From NCBI GenBank assembly GCA_951804945.1, contig OX638150.1, positions 71,982,001-72,046,000 of the forward strand: DNA of 64,000 bases. Direction: 5' to 3'. Position 1 is the stretch's first letter. Each line of letters opens with the position of its first letter. Shown piece after piece: positions 24,993 through 39,094 of this stretch. The translations under genes were made by a program, and so were the position numbers. The notes beneath the pieces were generated by a model. It was not told where the DNA came from, searched no databases, and saw only the letters and a list, made by a program, of their open reading frames with translations. The stretch comes from Podarcis cretensis. Lineage: Eukaryota.

Positions 24993-27900
24993 CTCACTCC
25001 CCACCTAGAGGATGAGGATAAGGCACTTCTGGAACAAAACTGTATGTTTCTTTACAGAGAAACTTTAAGCATTATTTTTCAGCCAAGTCTCAGGTAGACT
25101 TTTCCCACTTAAAATGGTTATCAGTGTTCTAACCTGCAACACCCACTCAGCCCCTTCTAGGATTTTACTTCCCCTCAGGGAATCAAGACCAGTTTGTTCT
25201 GCCTATCTAACCCTTCTCAGACAGTTAACCATCTGCACCTGCCCACACTGGCTTTTAATTTTTCTTTCACCGAGAGTCAAATCTCTATTTCACTGCTAAA
25301 ACTGTCAGCATCTAACTTAAACTCCGCACTCTCTTTCCTGATTTTCTGATGGACTCACCAGCTCTCACTGGTTGCAGGGTCACTAGGAGGCAGACCCAGG
25401 GCCTGTCCATCACAATATGAGCTGGTTGTCTAGGAAAGCAAACTGATGTGTAAGAAGCTGGGCAGGTGAGATTTCCACATGAGTGAGGGGCAGGCAGCAC
25501 TTCTCTAGTACTTTTTCCCCAGTAGGAGAGAGGATGTCATCCATAAGACTGGGATTTGCCAGTGCTGCATGCTTGCGGGGTTGGAAGGCAGGACATGCAG
25601 TATTCGTTTATTTACCTGGCAAGAGCCTTTCCTGCACTGTTTTAAAATGGGCACCTGTTTTTTACATCAAACGTATGTTAGAAAGCAGCATAATTGTCCC
25701 ACAGCCTGTTACAAACAGTTCAAAATGAACCTCAGCACCATATAAAAAGGATGTGTATTACATTTTGCTTGGTGTTGTTAAAGTTTAATGTTTTACTATG
25801 TTTTTATATATGCTGGAAACCGCCCAGAGTGGCTGGGGCAACCCAGTCAGATGGGAGGGGTACTACTACTACTAGTAGTAGTACTGCTACTAAGCATTCC
25901 TCCACTGAGCTTGTGGAGGCAAATATGGGAGTTATCCCATTTCCTCCTCATAATGGCCCTGGGAAGAAATCAACAATGTGCTGTGTTGAGCTACCATTAC
26001 AGCAAGCATCTCTGCATGCCTGATGGAAGGATCCTCCTTTCCTTCCTCATGCACTGTTCTGGCGGTTATCCTGACTCCCCCAAGGCCAATTGCAGGGGTG
26101 GCAGGGGAGGGGAAGCTCCACTATGCAAACAGAAGTCCTTGCACAGGGCTTCTGCTCATGGGAAGATGAATCACACCCATTGTGTGGTAGGCTAGGCTGA
26201 GAAGAGTGACTTGCCCAAGGTCACCTAGTGAACTTCATGGCTAATCAGGTATGTGAATGCAGGTCTTCACAACCAGCATCCATGAATCAACACAGCCACA
26301 CTTTTCAGGGGTGGGGTGTGTTACTCCAGAGTCTGTCCTGATGAGCTCCTGCACTTGAAAATTTATCACTGTGCCATTGAGGGACACAGAAGAACTAGTC
26401 GCTTTGTGGGGAGGGTATCATTTCATAAAGCACTACCTGCCTCTCAGTTTTGGGATGCCATAGTAAAGCAATTTTCCCTGCCTGTGATTTCAATTGCTAT
26501 TCACCCTTTTCAAGCTGAGCTGTGTAAGTAAAGAACTCTTAAACTACCTCATTTTGCATTACAAATGAGGTGATACAAGGAATAGAGCTCAGGACTCCAG
26601 CACTGTAGACTAAGAAGGCTTAGTTAATCAATCACATGGCCATGTTTCCTGCAGCAGCCTAGCAAACAGCTGCTTAACTCACTGAGCTTTATGTCAACTT
26701 CTTTTCTACACTGACATGAAGATTTGGTTCCCTAGTTTTGGCCTGTGGTACAGGACAAGCCACCATCACATCCAGTAAAAGAATCTTAGTACCAAAGGCA
26801 GCAACGGATTCAGAATTCTTTTCTGAAGTTTGGATCATAACAAGCCTTAGAGTGTGAAGCATTGACTGAAGTTATTCAGAACAGCTTTTATTTGGGGCAT
26901 TGAACAGAATTTCAAGAAAGTGTTAATCTATAGAAGTGGTCCTTTCCCTAGTGTTGTAGAACATTTACTGGTTTAAAACATGGACCCTACCTGATTGACA
27001 CCAGTTAATTAATTTGGAAAGATTGGATAGAGAGGAGAGCCAAAGAGCTGATTTAGTACAAATCTGTATAACCACTAGGCCCATGTGTGCTTCTTGCTGA
27101 CTCGTTCAAGAGGTCTTCTGATCTGAACAGGTCATTTGACTCATTTGTCGTGATTCAAGGTGGCAGTGTCTGCATGCCACAATAAACCACATCAGTAGCT
27201 GTTGGCCTGCCAGGAGGAGCCATCATAGACTGAAGAAACAAGCAGCTTTTGTTCTTACAGTTATTTTTATAACTATGTAGTTTAATGTTTTTGTAAGCCA
27301 CCTTGAGACTTGCTTTTCAGCTGTAAGGTGGGACGTACGTTTTAAAATAAATAAAATGGAATAATATATGCACAAGTTGAACAAATGTTGACAGAGATGA
27401 AATGCCTAGAAGCTGTTTGATTGCGTCTTAAGTGCATTCCGTAAATCTTCATTTTCAACCTTGGCTAACACTGTTTTGTGTGACCACAAAAGGATTCCAT
27501 AACTGATCAGGAAAGGTACAGCAAAATGTGAGCCCTGAACTGAACAATCAGGACTTGTTTGAGAGCGGTAGATGTATTAATCTGTTGCAGGAAAAACAAC
27601 ATGCCTATGGCATCTTAACTTGCAGTGTAAGCCTAAACATGTCTACTCAGAAATAAGTCCCATTGAGTTCATTGGGACTTACTTCTAGGTAGGTGTGTAT
27701 AGGATTGCAGCCTTAGTTGTTGTTATACAGGTTTTCTGGGTCAGACCTTTTTTTGTCAGATGCATCAGTACGGAGACCCACAGTGAAGTAACAGTTGCAT
27801 GGCACATACTACACGTGTTCAGATTTTCACTCTTCCACTCAACCAATGTCATAGTCATGAATTTTAATGTTCAGGAGCTCCTGACACCCCTTATAGCTCA

Positions 27901-28409
27901 TCCACAAGGAGAATCCAAAAAGTCCTATACATAATTTTCGGGGGGATTACTCTGAGGATTACTTCTAATGGTATAGTTTCAGTTTATTAAATGCATTGAG
28001 CTTTAGCAAAAGATCTTCAGCCAGCTGAAAGGCTATCTTTTGCTTTACCAGAAATGCAGAAAATCTTACAGGAAAGCAGGGACTCCATCAAAGAAAAGAA
28101 AATACGTGTATGCCCTCTGCTTGATTAGTTTCCTCATACTCTGACTTCCTTTATGGTGATACACGACAAACTTGAAAGCCTCACAAACATATTGCCTCGT
28201 TCACTTGCCAGAGCAAGCAAGGTCTGTCAGTTACCCTGATGCTCTGGCAGATGACATTGTTGCTCCTGCCCTGAAAAACGTACCAGGGGGTGTTCCCCCT
28301 CCATTATACCACTGCACCCTACCCACATTTCAGCTCTCTTTTAGGATGAGGTTGGTCCCATCAAAAATTTACATGGCAACTTTTGAAAGCAAAATCTGTG
28401 TGGGTAAAC

Positions 28410-28563
28410 AATAATGGAAAGGAGCTTCCTGCACTCAAGTAGAAGCTGCGTCGGACATTCGGCTTCCAAAAAAACATTTGCAAACCGGAACACTTCCGGG
28501 TTTGCGACATCTGGGAGCTGATTTGTTCGACAACTAAGCTGTTCAAGAACCAAGGTACCACTG
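28410..28563. mobile_element. Truncated Tc1/mariner (Tigger-like) MITE end
   Basis: Ends ...aaccaaggtaccactg|TA; left boundary approximate. Confidence 0.5.
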
Positions 28564-29424
28564 TACTAGCAAATCTTGCTGTCGTTATGCTATTAAAACT
28601 TGCTCTATTCTTTGACCAACTGAGAACAGAAAACTCTGTTTTCTTTGAATCTCTCTTTCTCCAAGCTTTGGGGAAGACTAGGTATCGGGTCAGTACCCAC
28701 TATAATAGAAAAGCCTACAGAATTTTGGTTGTTAGGACAGATACCTACATTCTGTTCTCCCCAATTGAGCTGTTTGAAGATGCCATAGTATGTCAGTGTA
28801 GAGCTCTATGAAGTAAATATGTGCTCCAAAGGGGTGGACCCAAGCCTGTGCATGGAGCCAGTCCTCACCCTATAACCCATTTTTAATGAATAATTTGCTC
28901 TTGAATGAAAACAAACATCTCTCAGACAAAGCTGTGCAGGGTGTGAGACAAATTGCTGCACTTTGCTAAGTAAACAACATGTTTCAGAGCAATGTCCTAG
29001 GAGCATCTGTCAGGTGATAGGGGCTTGAGCCAATTTCTTCACCTGGCAATATTCTTTCTTCACTGCAACAATAAGATAAGTTCAAATCTTTGCCAATGCA
29101 GTACTGGAGGGGAGACATGAGGAAGAAAACACTCACATCTAGAGATGAGGTGCTGCCTCTTCCAGTGGGGATGAATTATTGTGACTGCATGAGTGTACTG
29201 CATACATTAACCTGAGTACACATCTAAGGAACATTTTTAAGATTTGAGTTACTTAGCCCCCAAATTCAAGTATAAGCTGCTGTTAGGGTTCTTCTAACAG
29301 CGGCCAGGTGACCTCCTCCATGGGCTGGTGAGGAATCACATGTAGCACAAAAGCTCTGGTCCTGGAGTCTGGAAAGAACATTCACCCTTTCAGACCATGT
29401 TACTGTTTAAACTACTTTTTGCAG

Positions 29425-29564
29425 ACCCAGCGTTTGTCCATGCACAGCTCATTCCAGACAGCGCAGAGAGGAATGATGACAAGCTCTATTTCTTCTTCCG
29501 AGAGAAATCTACTGATTCCCCACAGAGTCCTGTTGTCTACTCCCGCATTGGTCGCATTTGCCTG
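29425..29564 (+). CDS. SEMA3F: SEMA3F exon 9 (PAFVHAQLIPDSAERNDDKLYFFF...IGRICL)
   Basis: ORF 29397..29585; gcag/gtaggt; 140 nt. Confidence 0.97.
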
Positions 29565-29652
29565 GTAGGTCTTGAGGATGAATGAACATAGGTTTGGTTG
29601 AGAGTTTACTATAAATTTCATGTATTTGGCCCCTTCTCTATAATACCATTAA

Positions 29653-30133
29653 CAAGGAGTTCCTGGCACTGTCTGGGAATTTTTTGAAACCAATAAATAC
29701 TGTGATTTTTAAATAGTGTAATTTGTGAATTTGCCTCCTTCACCCCCAAAACTGAGTAAAGTCATGCTTTGGTCCACCATCTTGAATCAAAATTGGCACC
29801 CAGCACTCCAAAATCAACAACAACCTCAGTAACCTTTGTGCCAAGTTTGATGATGAAATCTCAAGAGGCAGCCAAACCTATGTAAAAAATGAGCACAGTC
29901 ACCCTGAAGTCCCATTTAAGTCCACCATCTTGGTTCAAAATGGCACATGGCACCCAAGCATCAAATTAGACCCCCACTTCTGCCTCAGAAATCCTTGTGT
30001 CAAGTTTGGCAATAATATATTGAGAGGTGTCTGAATGTATAGAGAACAAATAAACAAAATAAACAAGGTGTCAATGTATAGAGAATGAATGAACAGATAG
30101 ACAGACAAACCACTTTCCAAAATATATAGTAGA
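29653..30133 (-). mobile_element. Probable non-autonomous Helitron
   Basis: - strand begins A|TCTACTATATA and ends with a degenerate GC hairpin then CTTG|T; internal ~160-bp duplicated unit (gtccaccatcttg..caagtttg). Confidence 0.5.
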
Positions 30134-30464
30134 TCACCAACATCTCTTGTGAATGGCAGAAGCCATTGTTGCTCTGAGCTCCTCCAGTGCCACTGTTTCT
30201 GCTTCCTCCTTCCTATATTGTCCTCTGTGGTATAGCTTGTGAATAGCTGGGAGTCTGGAGTAATTGGGCACTCCTTTGTGGTCATTACTCTTTGCCCTAT
30301 TTCTGTTGTGTCCCACTGTACGGAAGTGTACAGAATAAAAGTTGTGTGTCTGATAGCCCAATCCTAGCTGTGCACACTACAAACACTGATGTGGCTGCAG
30401 GCAAAAGCACTGTAGCTTTCATAACACTTTTTGTATCCCAGAACACTGCTTTTCTTTTATTTAG

Positions 30465-30638
<174 letters not shown>

Positions 30639-33248
30639 TAAACACTAAGTGACCTGACATCTTAATAGGGGCCCTGACTAGTGGAGGCATAGACATTTAA
30701 TGATCTCCACCTAATGGCCAGTGGGCTGGATCTGCTCTCCAGAGCCCCTATCAGCTCTCCCTAAATTTTAATCAAGATCCAGTCAGAAGTTGGCACACAA
30801 TTTTCACTGAATCCCCCTGCCCCCGCAAATGTTAGGAATAGAAATATACTTCACAGCAACATTACACATTTCCTGTGGATTGTGTATGTTGCATGCACAT
30901 ATTTCTATGTAGTGCTGTTCCTAAGCACATAATTGTGAAGCCCTACCTGGTAAGTGATGGTATTGTTAGTATAGAGCCCAAATACCCATACTGGTGGTCT
31001 GTGCAGCAGTCTACACTTCTGGCACCCAGGCTTCTTTGTGAAGAATAGAGTGGTCCTCAATGAATATAGAAGTTGGCCAATGTACTCGATGCTTATTTTT
31101 TAAAAAATCAAGAATTACCAGGGCTTATGTATGTCTGCAAGTTATCCATTCTAAACTAATAGCCTACCCTCTAAACTCAAATGTGATTAAATCTGATGAT
31201 ACTAAGTGGGACCAGCCCTGAAAAAACTTGACTCAAATATAGCACCTGACTGAAAATTTAACCTACCTTACTGGAGTGTTGATAGCAGAAATCTCTAACT
31301 AAGAGTCTCCTGGGGCTTGACAGAACAAGGAATACAAGGTGCCCAGTACTTGACCTCTGGATCACTGTATATAGGAAAATTGCAAAGTTTGTGGAGAAGG
31401 CAGCTGGTTTTTATGGCTTGAAGAGATCTTAGTAATTATCTAGTATAGTCCTCTAAGGATCTGCCACAACCCTAACACTCCTAGCAGATTTCCCATTATA
31501 ATAGAAAAGTATTCAGCTAATTTTCAGTGTGCCACAGTCAGAGAAAATAATACCCAAGGCTCTCAAAGCTATATGTTTCTTGATATGATGCACTTGTTCA
31601 GATAAGTAAAATATTGACATTTAGCCAAAGCTGTAGGAAAACTAACAGTGGCATCTGAGCAGGTTGAAGATATTGTAAAAGGCAGTTTGGAGGATAGCCA
31701 CATGTGCTTAAATGGAAGGGCTGAGATAGAAGAAGAAAGGAAGAGGTTAAGAAACAGCAACAGCAATGTATTTTTCATTAATGTTTTGAAAGAGGGTATG
31801 TCGGGCAGTATGCTTCTGTAAAAAGGTCCTTCAAACAAATTTTGCTTTTCTTAAAACAAACGTTTTAAACAAAAGCAGAAAATATATCCTTGCATATTAG
31901 CAATGCTGTAAAAGCTTATTCCAAACAAGGTTTTCAGCTTAATTTTGAAATTATAGCTGAGATCCATCACAAGTACTTTTGTGATGCTTCATTAACAAGC
32001 TTTCAGCAACTATCAAAAAATGGGGAGAGAGATCCCACTGTGCAAATGCCTATTCACACAAGGAGTCAGCTTGACTTGGTCTTGCTGTTTTTGGGGGTAG
32101 GAGAAAATGAAGGCATTCAACATTGGCATAGTTGAGGTTGGGGATCCCATTCTTGGCAAAGGCAGCAGACCCACCTCCTAGTAAGCTGTCAGCCAGCTTT
32201 CTCTCAACACAGGCCAGACAGATGGCTGCTGGTCATTCTGCGAGCAACCCCAGTGAGGCTTTTATCACCTTCAGTGGCCTTTGATGGATTGTCTCCTACT
32301 AGAGAGCAAATTAGCACTGTCCCTTTCCCTACAATTGCTTTGCTTCCCAAAATCACTACCAGATGGTCTGTAGGATACCTTGATTTCCTGACTTCTCTTG
32401 GAGAGGGAATGAACTCCAAGCCTCACCATAGCCATTGTTTTTGCCTTAGTGAGAGTGTTCTCTTCTGCCACAGCTGGGGCTGAATTAGAAGTGACAACTA
32501 TGGGACACTCTTGTGCAGGCCTTACTGTGGAATCACAATGTGAATCTAAATGAGAAAGAAACCTGAGCACATCTCTGCCTGATATGAAAGACGTATAAAT
32601 AGGCAATTCAATCCTACTGACATGACTTACCATTCTGTTTATTAGAAAGAACAAAAGTTTTTATTAGCTACTATTAAGGACATTAGTTGGAACGCACGTC
32701 ATAACAAATTAACTTGACCTGGCTTAACTATGGCCACCTTCTGGCTTGACTAATGTCTGGCATAGTCAACTGTGGTCCTATATCTGCTTGACCCTGACCC
32801 AAGGTCTGGGCTGGGCCAGCTTGCCTTTCCAAGTTTCCTGATTTATTTGTCTCACTTCACTCAAAACGAAATTAGATGTTAGAAGTTTTTTCACCTTCTT
32901 CCCAGTAGCACGGGTGAAACATAAAGTGTATAGCATGGCATCTTCATAACGTGTGTATCTGCACCTGCCTCATCTCAATGACTATAGCCAGAAAGAAAAT
33001 GCCAGCGCAATGGCATCACTCCACATGGTGTGTTCTATTAGATGTTACCAAAAAAATGGGAGGAAAGAGACACAGCAGCAGCAGCAGCAGACATGTGTCT
33101 TTTGTCATGCCCAATTCTGACCTCAGTGAATTGGTTCTGTTTTGACTATCTCAAGGCAACACTGTATTCAGTTCTTATTTTCAGACTCAGACTCCCCTCC
33201 CCCCCCAAAAAAAGTCATGAGTTGCTAACTTTCTCCTTTCTCTTCAAG

Positions 33249-33318
33249 AGGATGTCTTCATCCAGCAGACCCAGGATGTGAAGAACCCCATAATTTATGC
33301 TGTTTTTGCTGCCTCTGG
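33249..33318 (+). CDS. SEMA3F: SEMA3F exon 11 (DVFIQQTQDVKNPIIYAVFAAS)
   Basis: Pyrimidine tract+aag acceptor, gtgagt donor; 70 nt. Confidence 0.94.
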
Positions 33319-34135
33319 GTGAGTGCTCTGGGAACAGAATTTGGAGACCTTCCTTCCATGCTCATGCCTGTTCACGCTCACAACTTTACAAGGCAAAACC
33401 CCAGATTTAACTCTGAAGCAGAAAAAGTTCCAAAAGCAGACACCATTCCATCTTGTGGTGATGTGTTCCATTTCTAGCCAAGAAGGGAACGTGGTCTTAG
33501 ACAGGGTCACCTTGGAATTTTCTGGCAGAGCTGGAATACAGCCCAGAAGCACTTGCTTGCCAAGCTTGGGGTTTTCCCACAAACTTAGCTATGGCAGCTG
33601 TAGTTGATGACTTGATCCCCTGGGGAAGGCAGGTGGAGTACGTACATACATACACACCAGGATCTATTTACGCCTCTGCGGGGTCAAGAGGGCGTCAGAT
33701 CCTTTGTTAAACCAGCAAGCAGCAGCAGCTAATGCCATTTTTCTCAGTGCTTGTGGTTGGAACAACTAATCCTGGAATGTTATAACTTGGGGACGTGGCC
33801 TGATAACTCTCCAGCAGCTGCTTGAGGCTGGCCCCAGAGCACCAAAATTGCATTCTTATCCTACCCACCCCCACCTCTCTTCTGGCTTGGTGCTCTGTGC
33901 CAGGCAGGAAATCCCTGTTTCTCTGGGGTCTGTGTCGTTGCACATGTTCACAAAGGTTTAAGGACATTTCAAGGGCTTGCCAGCAGCCAAGGCTGAGCAG
34001 AGATGCACAACATGTTTCCCTTTTGCAGCTGTGACAGCCAAGAGGTCAGGATGTCTGAGAATATCTGTTGAAGGCAAGGGTGGAACATTGCAGCCAGCTT
34101 TTATATGTGAAAGACATAGTCACCCTTTGGACTAA

Positions 34136-34333
<198 letters not shown>

Positions 34334-36443
34334 TAATCACTTATCTCTATGGCACTGCCCCCACTCCAGTGCAAATATGTTTTTCAACAGTCAAAGCCCA
34401 GAGGTTTTGTAAATGCTTATCTGTCCTTGGTAATGTTGCATGCCATACATTCAGTGTTGCAATGTCAAGATGTTTTGGAAGAGTGTACATGTGAAACAGA
34501 CTGCTCACTTTTGCATGCACCTTTGGCTAGTGGGCTTCCTGTATGGTGCAAGGAATCACATTGAGCCATTGCTCATTGGCAGAAAACAGGCTTTACGGGC
34601 AGAAGGTTCATTCTTTGGCATTTCTACTTAAAGGATGTTAAGAAGCAAGGCTGAGAAATACCTCCATCTGATACTCTGGAGACCTGATGCCTGTTGAAGC
34701 AAAGAGTTCCAGTTTAGAAAGGCCAGTGAGTCACAAAACATAATTGAATACAGAGAAGAGCTTATTCATACAGAACAAAATTCAGTGTATTTTGAACCTA
34801 TTGCTTCTTCCTCGGGGGATTTTGCATGCAATGAAAATTTATTCTAAGCCAGAAAAGTTGGGCTTGGCTCCACAGTTGGTGGAACAATGGTCTGATTCTG
34901 TAGAAAGAAGCTTCAGATGTTCAGTTTTAAATGAATGCATGTAAGGTAATATTTGTCATTTAATAATAATTCAGAAAACAACATACTTATTGAATGGTAG
35001 ACCTGGGGAGGAACCATAGATTGGTGGCAGAGCACATGCAGAAGGGCCAAGCTGGGATCCTTTGCATTGCCAGCTAAAAGGATTTCTAGCTATCAGGACA
35101 AGAGTGTACAACTGCCAGAGGCCTTGGAGGACCACTGCCAACCAGTATACGCCATACTGTGCTGGCTTGTCCAGTGGCATTAACACAATATGTACATGAG
35201 TACTTCCTCTTCTGCACTGTTGGAGGTTGCAGTGAAGGAACTTATTGGTGATGCTTGCTGGTGAGAAGTCTTAGGCTGCGCTTCTTGTTTAACACAGTCT
35301 CTCCCTAGCCCAACATTCCCCTCCTCATTCCTCCTGCTTTGATTCCCTCTCCCTCTCCATCTCTGCACTGTTCTGCCTTCCTTGTTCTCCTCCAGCCTCC
35401 TTTGGTATCCATATCCTTTGGTGCACTGCAGCCAACAGCTTTTCAGCCCCACTCACTGCTTGACATTTGGCCACGGTGTGGGAGGCTGATTAGTGTTTCC
35501 TCTCCAGGTTGGTGGTCTCTGGACTCATTTGCTGGCATCCCTTCCTTGTTGGCAAAATACCCACAAATAAGGAGAACTCATTGCTTCATTTTACTGGCCG
35601 GGAGAATTCAGCTCTCTGGTCTCTTTTGCTCATACACCCTTGCAGGTCCAAAAAGAGCCAGATACAGCCTTGGCCGTGCTATGGAGAGGCCTCCAAAAAC
35701 ACAAAGCACAGGCTGTGTTTGGCTCTCACTGCTCAGCAGCTGGGTCATATAGGATTCAGAGGTTTGTGTGAGCATTACTAAAAACACCGAGGAATAATGT
35801 CCCTTCAGCAAAAGTAACAGACTTTCAAAAGTGTATCCCTCAGTCCTAGAAAACATAAAAGGGGTACCATATTGAGCATGTTAAAGAAACTGAAGTCAGC
35901 TTGGGTGAGATGTTAACAGAGTGGAGATCTTACAATCCTCTTCTGTATACTGGGCAACCCTGGTTCCATCCAGAGACTCATTCTCTGCCACCCAAACAAG
36001 ATAAAAGTGGAAGGCTGTTTAAGTGCCTCTTCTCCACAGAATGAAAAGCAACATAGGCACTGACAGGGACGTCTCCTGATGCACCCCAGCAGCCAACTCC
36101 CAAACTCATATGTGGAGAGAATCCAGCTGTGAAAAGCAGCCTTAAGTCATTTTATGACTTAAGTGGGTTGGCCACTTGAGAACAGAATGCTGAACTAGGT
36201 GGACCACTGGCCAGAACCAGCAGGGCTGCTCTTATATTTATTGGGGTAGCCCTTGGGATCAAGCTGTATTGGGAGGCCGATGGGAAGCACCTGTGGGCTA
36301 GACTGAGTTTGCAGACAGTAAGTTATTCCTGTTTTGTAGCATGGGCATCTAGTAGTGCTATAAGAGCAATTCATGCATTGGTAGGGTGGTTGACTGCAAC
36401 ATATATCACAATTTGACTCTGAATTTCTGCCTTGGGTTTTCAG

Positions 36444-36666
36444 TGCCCAGGAGGGACGTTCACACCCTTGATGAAGTCAACCAAGGACTACCCAGATGAG
36501 GTCATCAACTTCATGCGCACTCATCCCATGATGTACAATGGCGTGTACCCCATACACCGCCAGCCACTAGTGGTGAGGACCAACGTCAACTACAAGTTCA
36601 CAACTATTGCCGTGGACCAGGTGGATGCAGCTGACGGGCGCTATGAGGTGCTTTTCCTGGGCACAG
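36444..36666 (+). CDS. SEMA3F: SEMA3F exon 13 (CPGGTFTPLMKSTKDYPDEV...YEVLFLGT)
   Basis: ORF 36432..36677; ttcag/gtaccc; 223 nt. Confidence 0.97.
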
Positions 36667-37284
36667 GTACCCACTGATGTGCACTGAAGAGAATACACAA
36701 ACACCTCCCACCCACCAACATTCGCCTAGCCTAGACAAATAGCACTTGGGTTGGTTTGCTGGGGCAACCACCTGGGACTAGCTTTCTAGGGATATTCAGC
36801 TCTGATAAGATTTGGCAGCAAGTTGGAAGGTAATGATGGGAACTGGAGAGTCCAGCTTTCAATGTTCCATTCACATGGAATACGGTTTCAGGAGTGCAGG
36901 AGCACATTTGCAATTCCTTTTGGTGCAAGATCTATGCAAAGAGGAGATATAGGGATTCAGGCTGAGATCCACTTCTTCCTAAGTCACATTCCAAAATTGA
37001 TTCCTCTTTTCCTATTAATTGGTGCCTACAGACCCAATCCAGATGTGAGAACCAGGTGGTCTCTCGGTACTGAGCAAATATAAACTCCTGCATGAGCACC
37101 TGTGATGTGGAACATATAAGAACTCCCTTGTCATAGACTCTCATCTAGTCCAGCCTCTTGTTTTCAACAATAGCCAGTCAGAAGCTCTAGCCTTGCCTTT
37201 ATATCTCTCTAAGCAAATGAGTGGAAGAAAACCATTTTTTCTTTAGTAGAATCAGCATTCACCCCCCAGCCTTGAGAACAGATG

Positions 37285-37639
37285 GACTCCTCACAAGGTA
37301 ACATTGATACATGCAACACATAGTTTAACTATGCAGCTTGCTCCTGCAGGAGGCAGTGGTGGCCACCATCAAGGATGGATTTAAAAGAGAGACAGATTCA
37401 TGCAGGATAGGTCTGTTAATGGCTGCTAGCCAGGATGGAGGCTATGCTGTGTCTCCATGGCTGAAGGCGATATGTTTCTGAATACTAGTTGCTGGAAACT
37501 GCAGGAGGGGAGAGTGCTCTTGCGCTCAGGTTGTGCTTGCAGGTTTCCTGCAGACACCTGGCTGGCTGCTCTGAGAACAGAATGCTGGACTAGACGGGCC
37601 ATAGGTCTGATGCAGCAGGCTCTCCTTATGTTCTTATGA
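37285..37639 (+). mobile_element. CR1 LINE 3' fragment
   Basis: Ends tgctggactaga..ggtctga..cagcaggctctccttatgttcttatga; start approximate. Confidence 0.6.
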
Positions 37640-38615
37640 CTCCAGCTCCCACAGGAGGAAGCCATTGTAGGTAACACAGACACAGCTGCACTCTTTTCTG
37701 CTTCTGTGCAAACTTACTCCATTGAATTGGAATACAGTAGGATTGTTGGTTGAGTAGTTTGAACAAAGAGGCGTACAGATTAGATGAAGTGATGTGTAAC
37801 AGTAGAAAAACTAACACAGGGAGAACATGCCTAGCCAACTAATGGTGATAGAAAGCATCTGCGCTAGGTCCAGTCTGCTAGAGGCGAGTTACTTGTCTCC
37901 CAGCAGGCCAAGGGAGCACAGCCAGCACTCAAAGCAGGTGGTCAGGAATGCTAACGACCCAGAAAGTTCTCATTAGCTGGTAAATGCTGTGTCTCTGCAC
38001 AGCTGTTTCATGGCCTACCAAGTTAGCTGCTCAGCACCCAGGCAGCTGTGCACAGTGCTGCCGCCACCTGTTATTGCCTATAGGGAGTTTCCTCTTTCTT
38101 TCTGGTCATAGGTGTAACAAATCTCTAGAGCTTGGTTGCTTCCTGTTGCATAAAGAAGCAGATAAAATTGTGTGATCACAGGAATTTGTGCAGCATTCAG
38201 TTCAAGTTGTAAACAGGGGAGTGACGTGGTGGCCTGGGCAATAGGTGCCTATTTTCATTTTCCTCTCCATCCACATGAACTGGGATTTTACAAAACTGCA
38301 TGCTCACCATTCCAAAGAAGGTAGTCATGAGCTTTTCAGGGGAGCAATTTAGAAAGAGCAGAAAGGAATGGTTTGCCATTCTGTGTTTCAGAGGACATAC
38401 AGTTATTCCTCAGAAGCACCTATAACTCTGGAGATAGATGAAGATAGACACCCACACCCACCCACCCACACACACACACCCCTAAACTTTATTCATGTGC
38501 AAGTGCAGGACTCTGAAACTTACTATAAATCTCTTCTTACCCTCCTCACACAGTGAAATCTATACACATGCACACTTGCCTCAGAACCTAAAATGGCACC
38601 TGTGCCTCTAATGTA

Positions 38616-38947
38616 AAGGTAAAGGTAAAGGTCCAGTCGTGGCCGACTCTGGGGTTGTGGCGCTCATCTCGCTTTATTGGCCGAGGGAGCCGGCATGCAG
38701 CTTCTGGGTCATGTGGCCAGCATGACTAAGCCGCTTCTGGCGAACCAGAGCAGTGCATGGAAATGCCATTTATCTTCCTGCTGGAGCGGTACCTATTTAT
38801 CTACTTGCACTTTGATGTGCTTTCGAACTGCTAGGTTGGCAGGAGCAGGGACCGAGCAATGGGAGCTCACCCTGTTGCAGGGATTCGAACTGCCGACCTT
38901 CTGATCGGCAAGTCCTAGGCTCTGTGGTTTAACCCACAGCGCCACCC
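38616..38947 (-). mobile_element. Sauria SINE
   Basis: (AAAGGT)n tail, B-box-like ggattcgaac, head ..aacccacagcgccaccc; near-identical to three other copies in the window. Confidence 0.9.
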
Positions 38948-38957
38948 GCCTCTGACG

Positions 38958-39094
38958 TAGGGTTGCCATATTTATAGAAGTAAAATTCAAGACACAAAAG
39001 TTGTTCAGCTTTTTTAAGGAAAATCCCCTTGGACACTATTTTCGCTGGTTAAATCCTGGACATGTCCGGGAAATTTCAGACATATGGCAACCCT
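38958..39094. mobile_element. Short hAT MITE
   Basis: TIR TAGGGTTGCCATAT / ATATGGCAACCCT; 8-bp flanks ctctgacg / ctctaatg. Confidence 0.7.
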
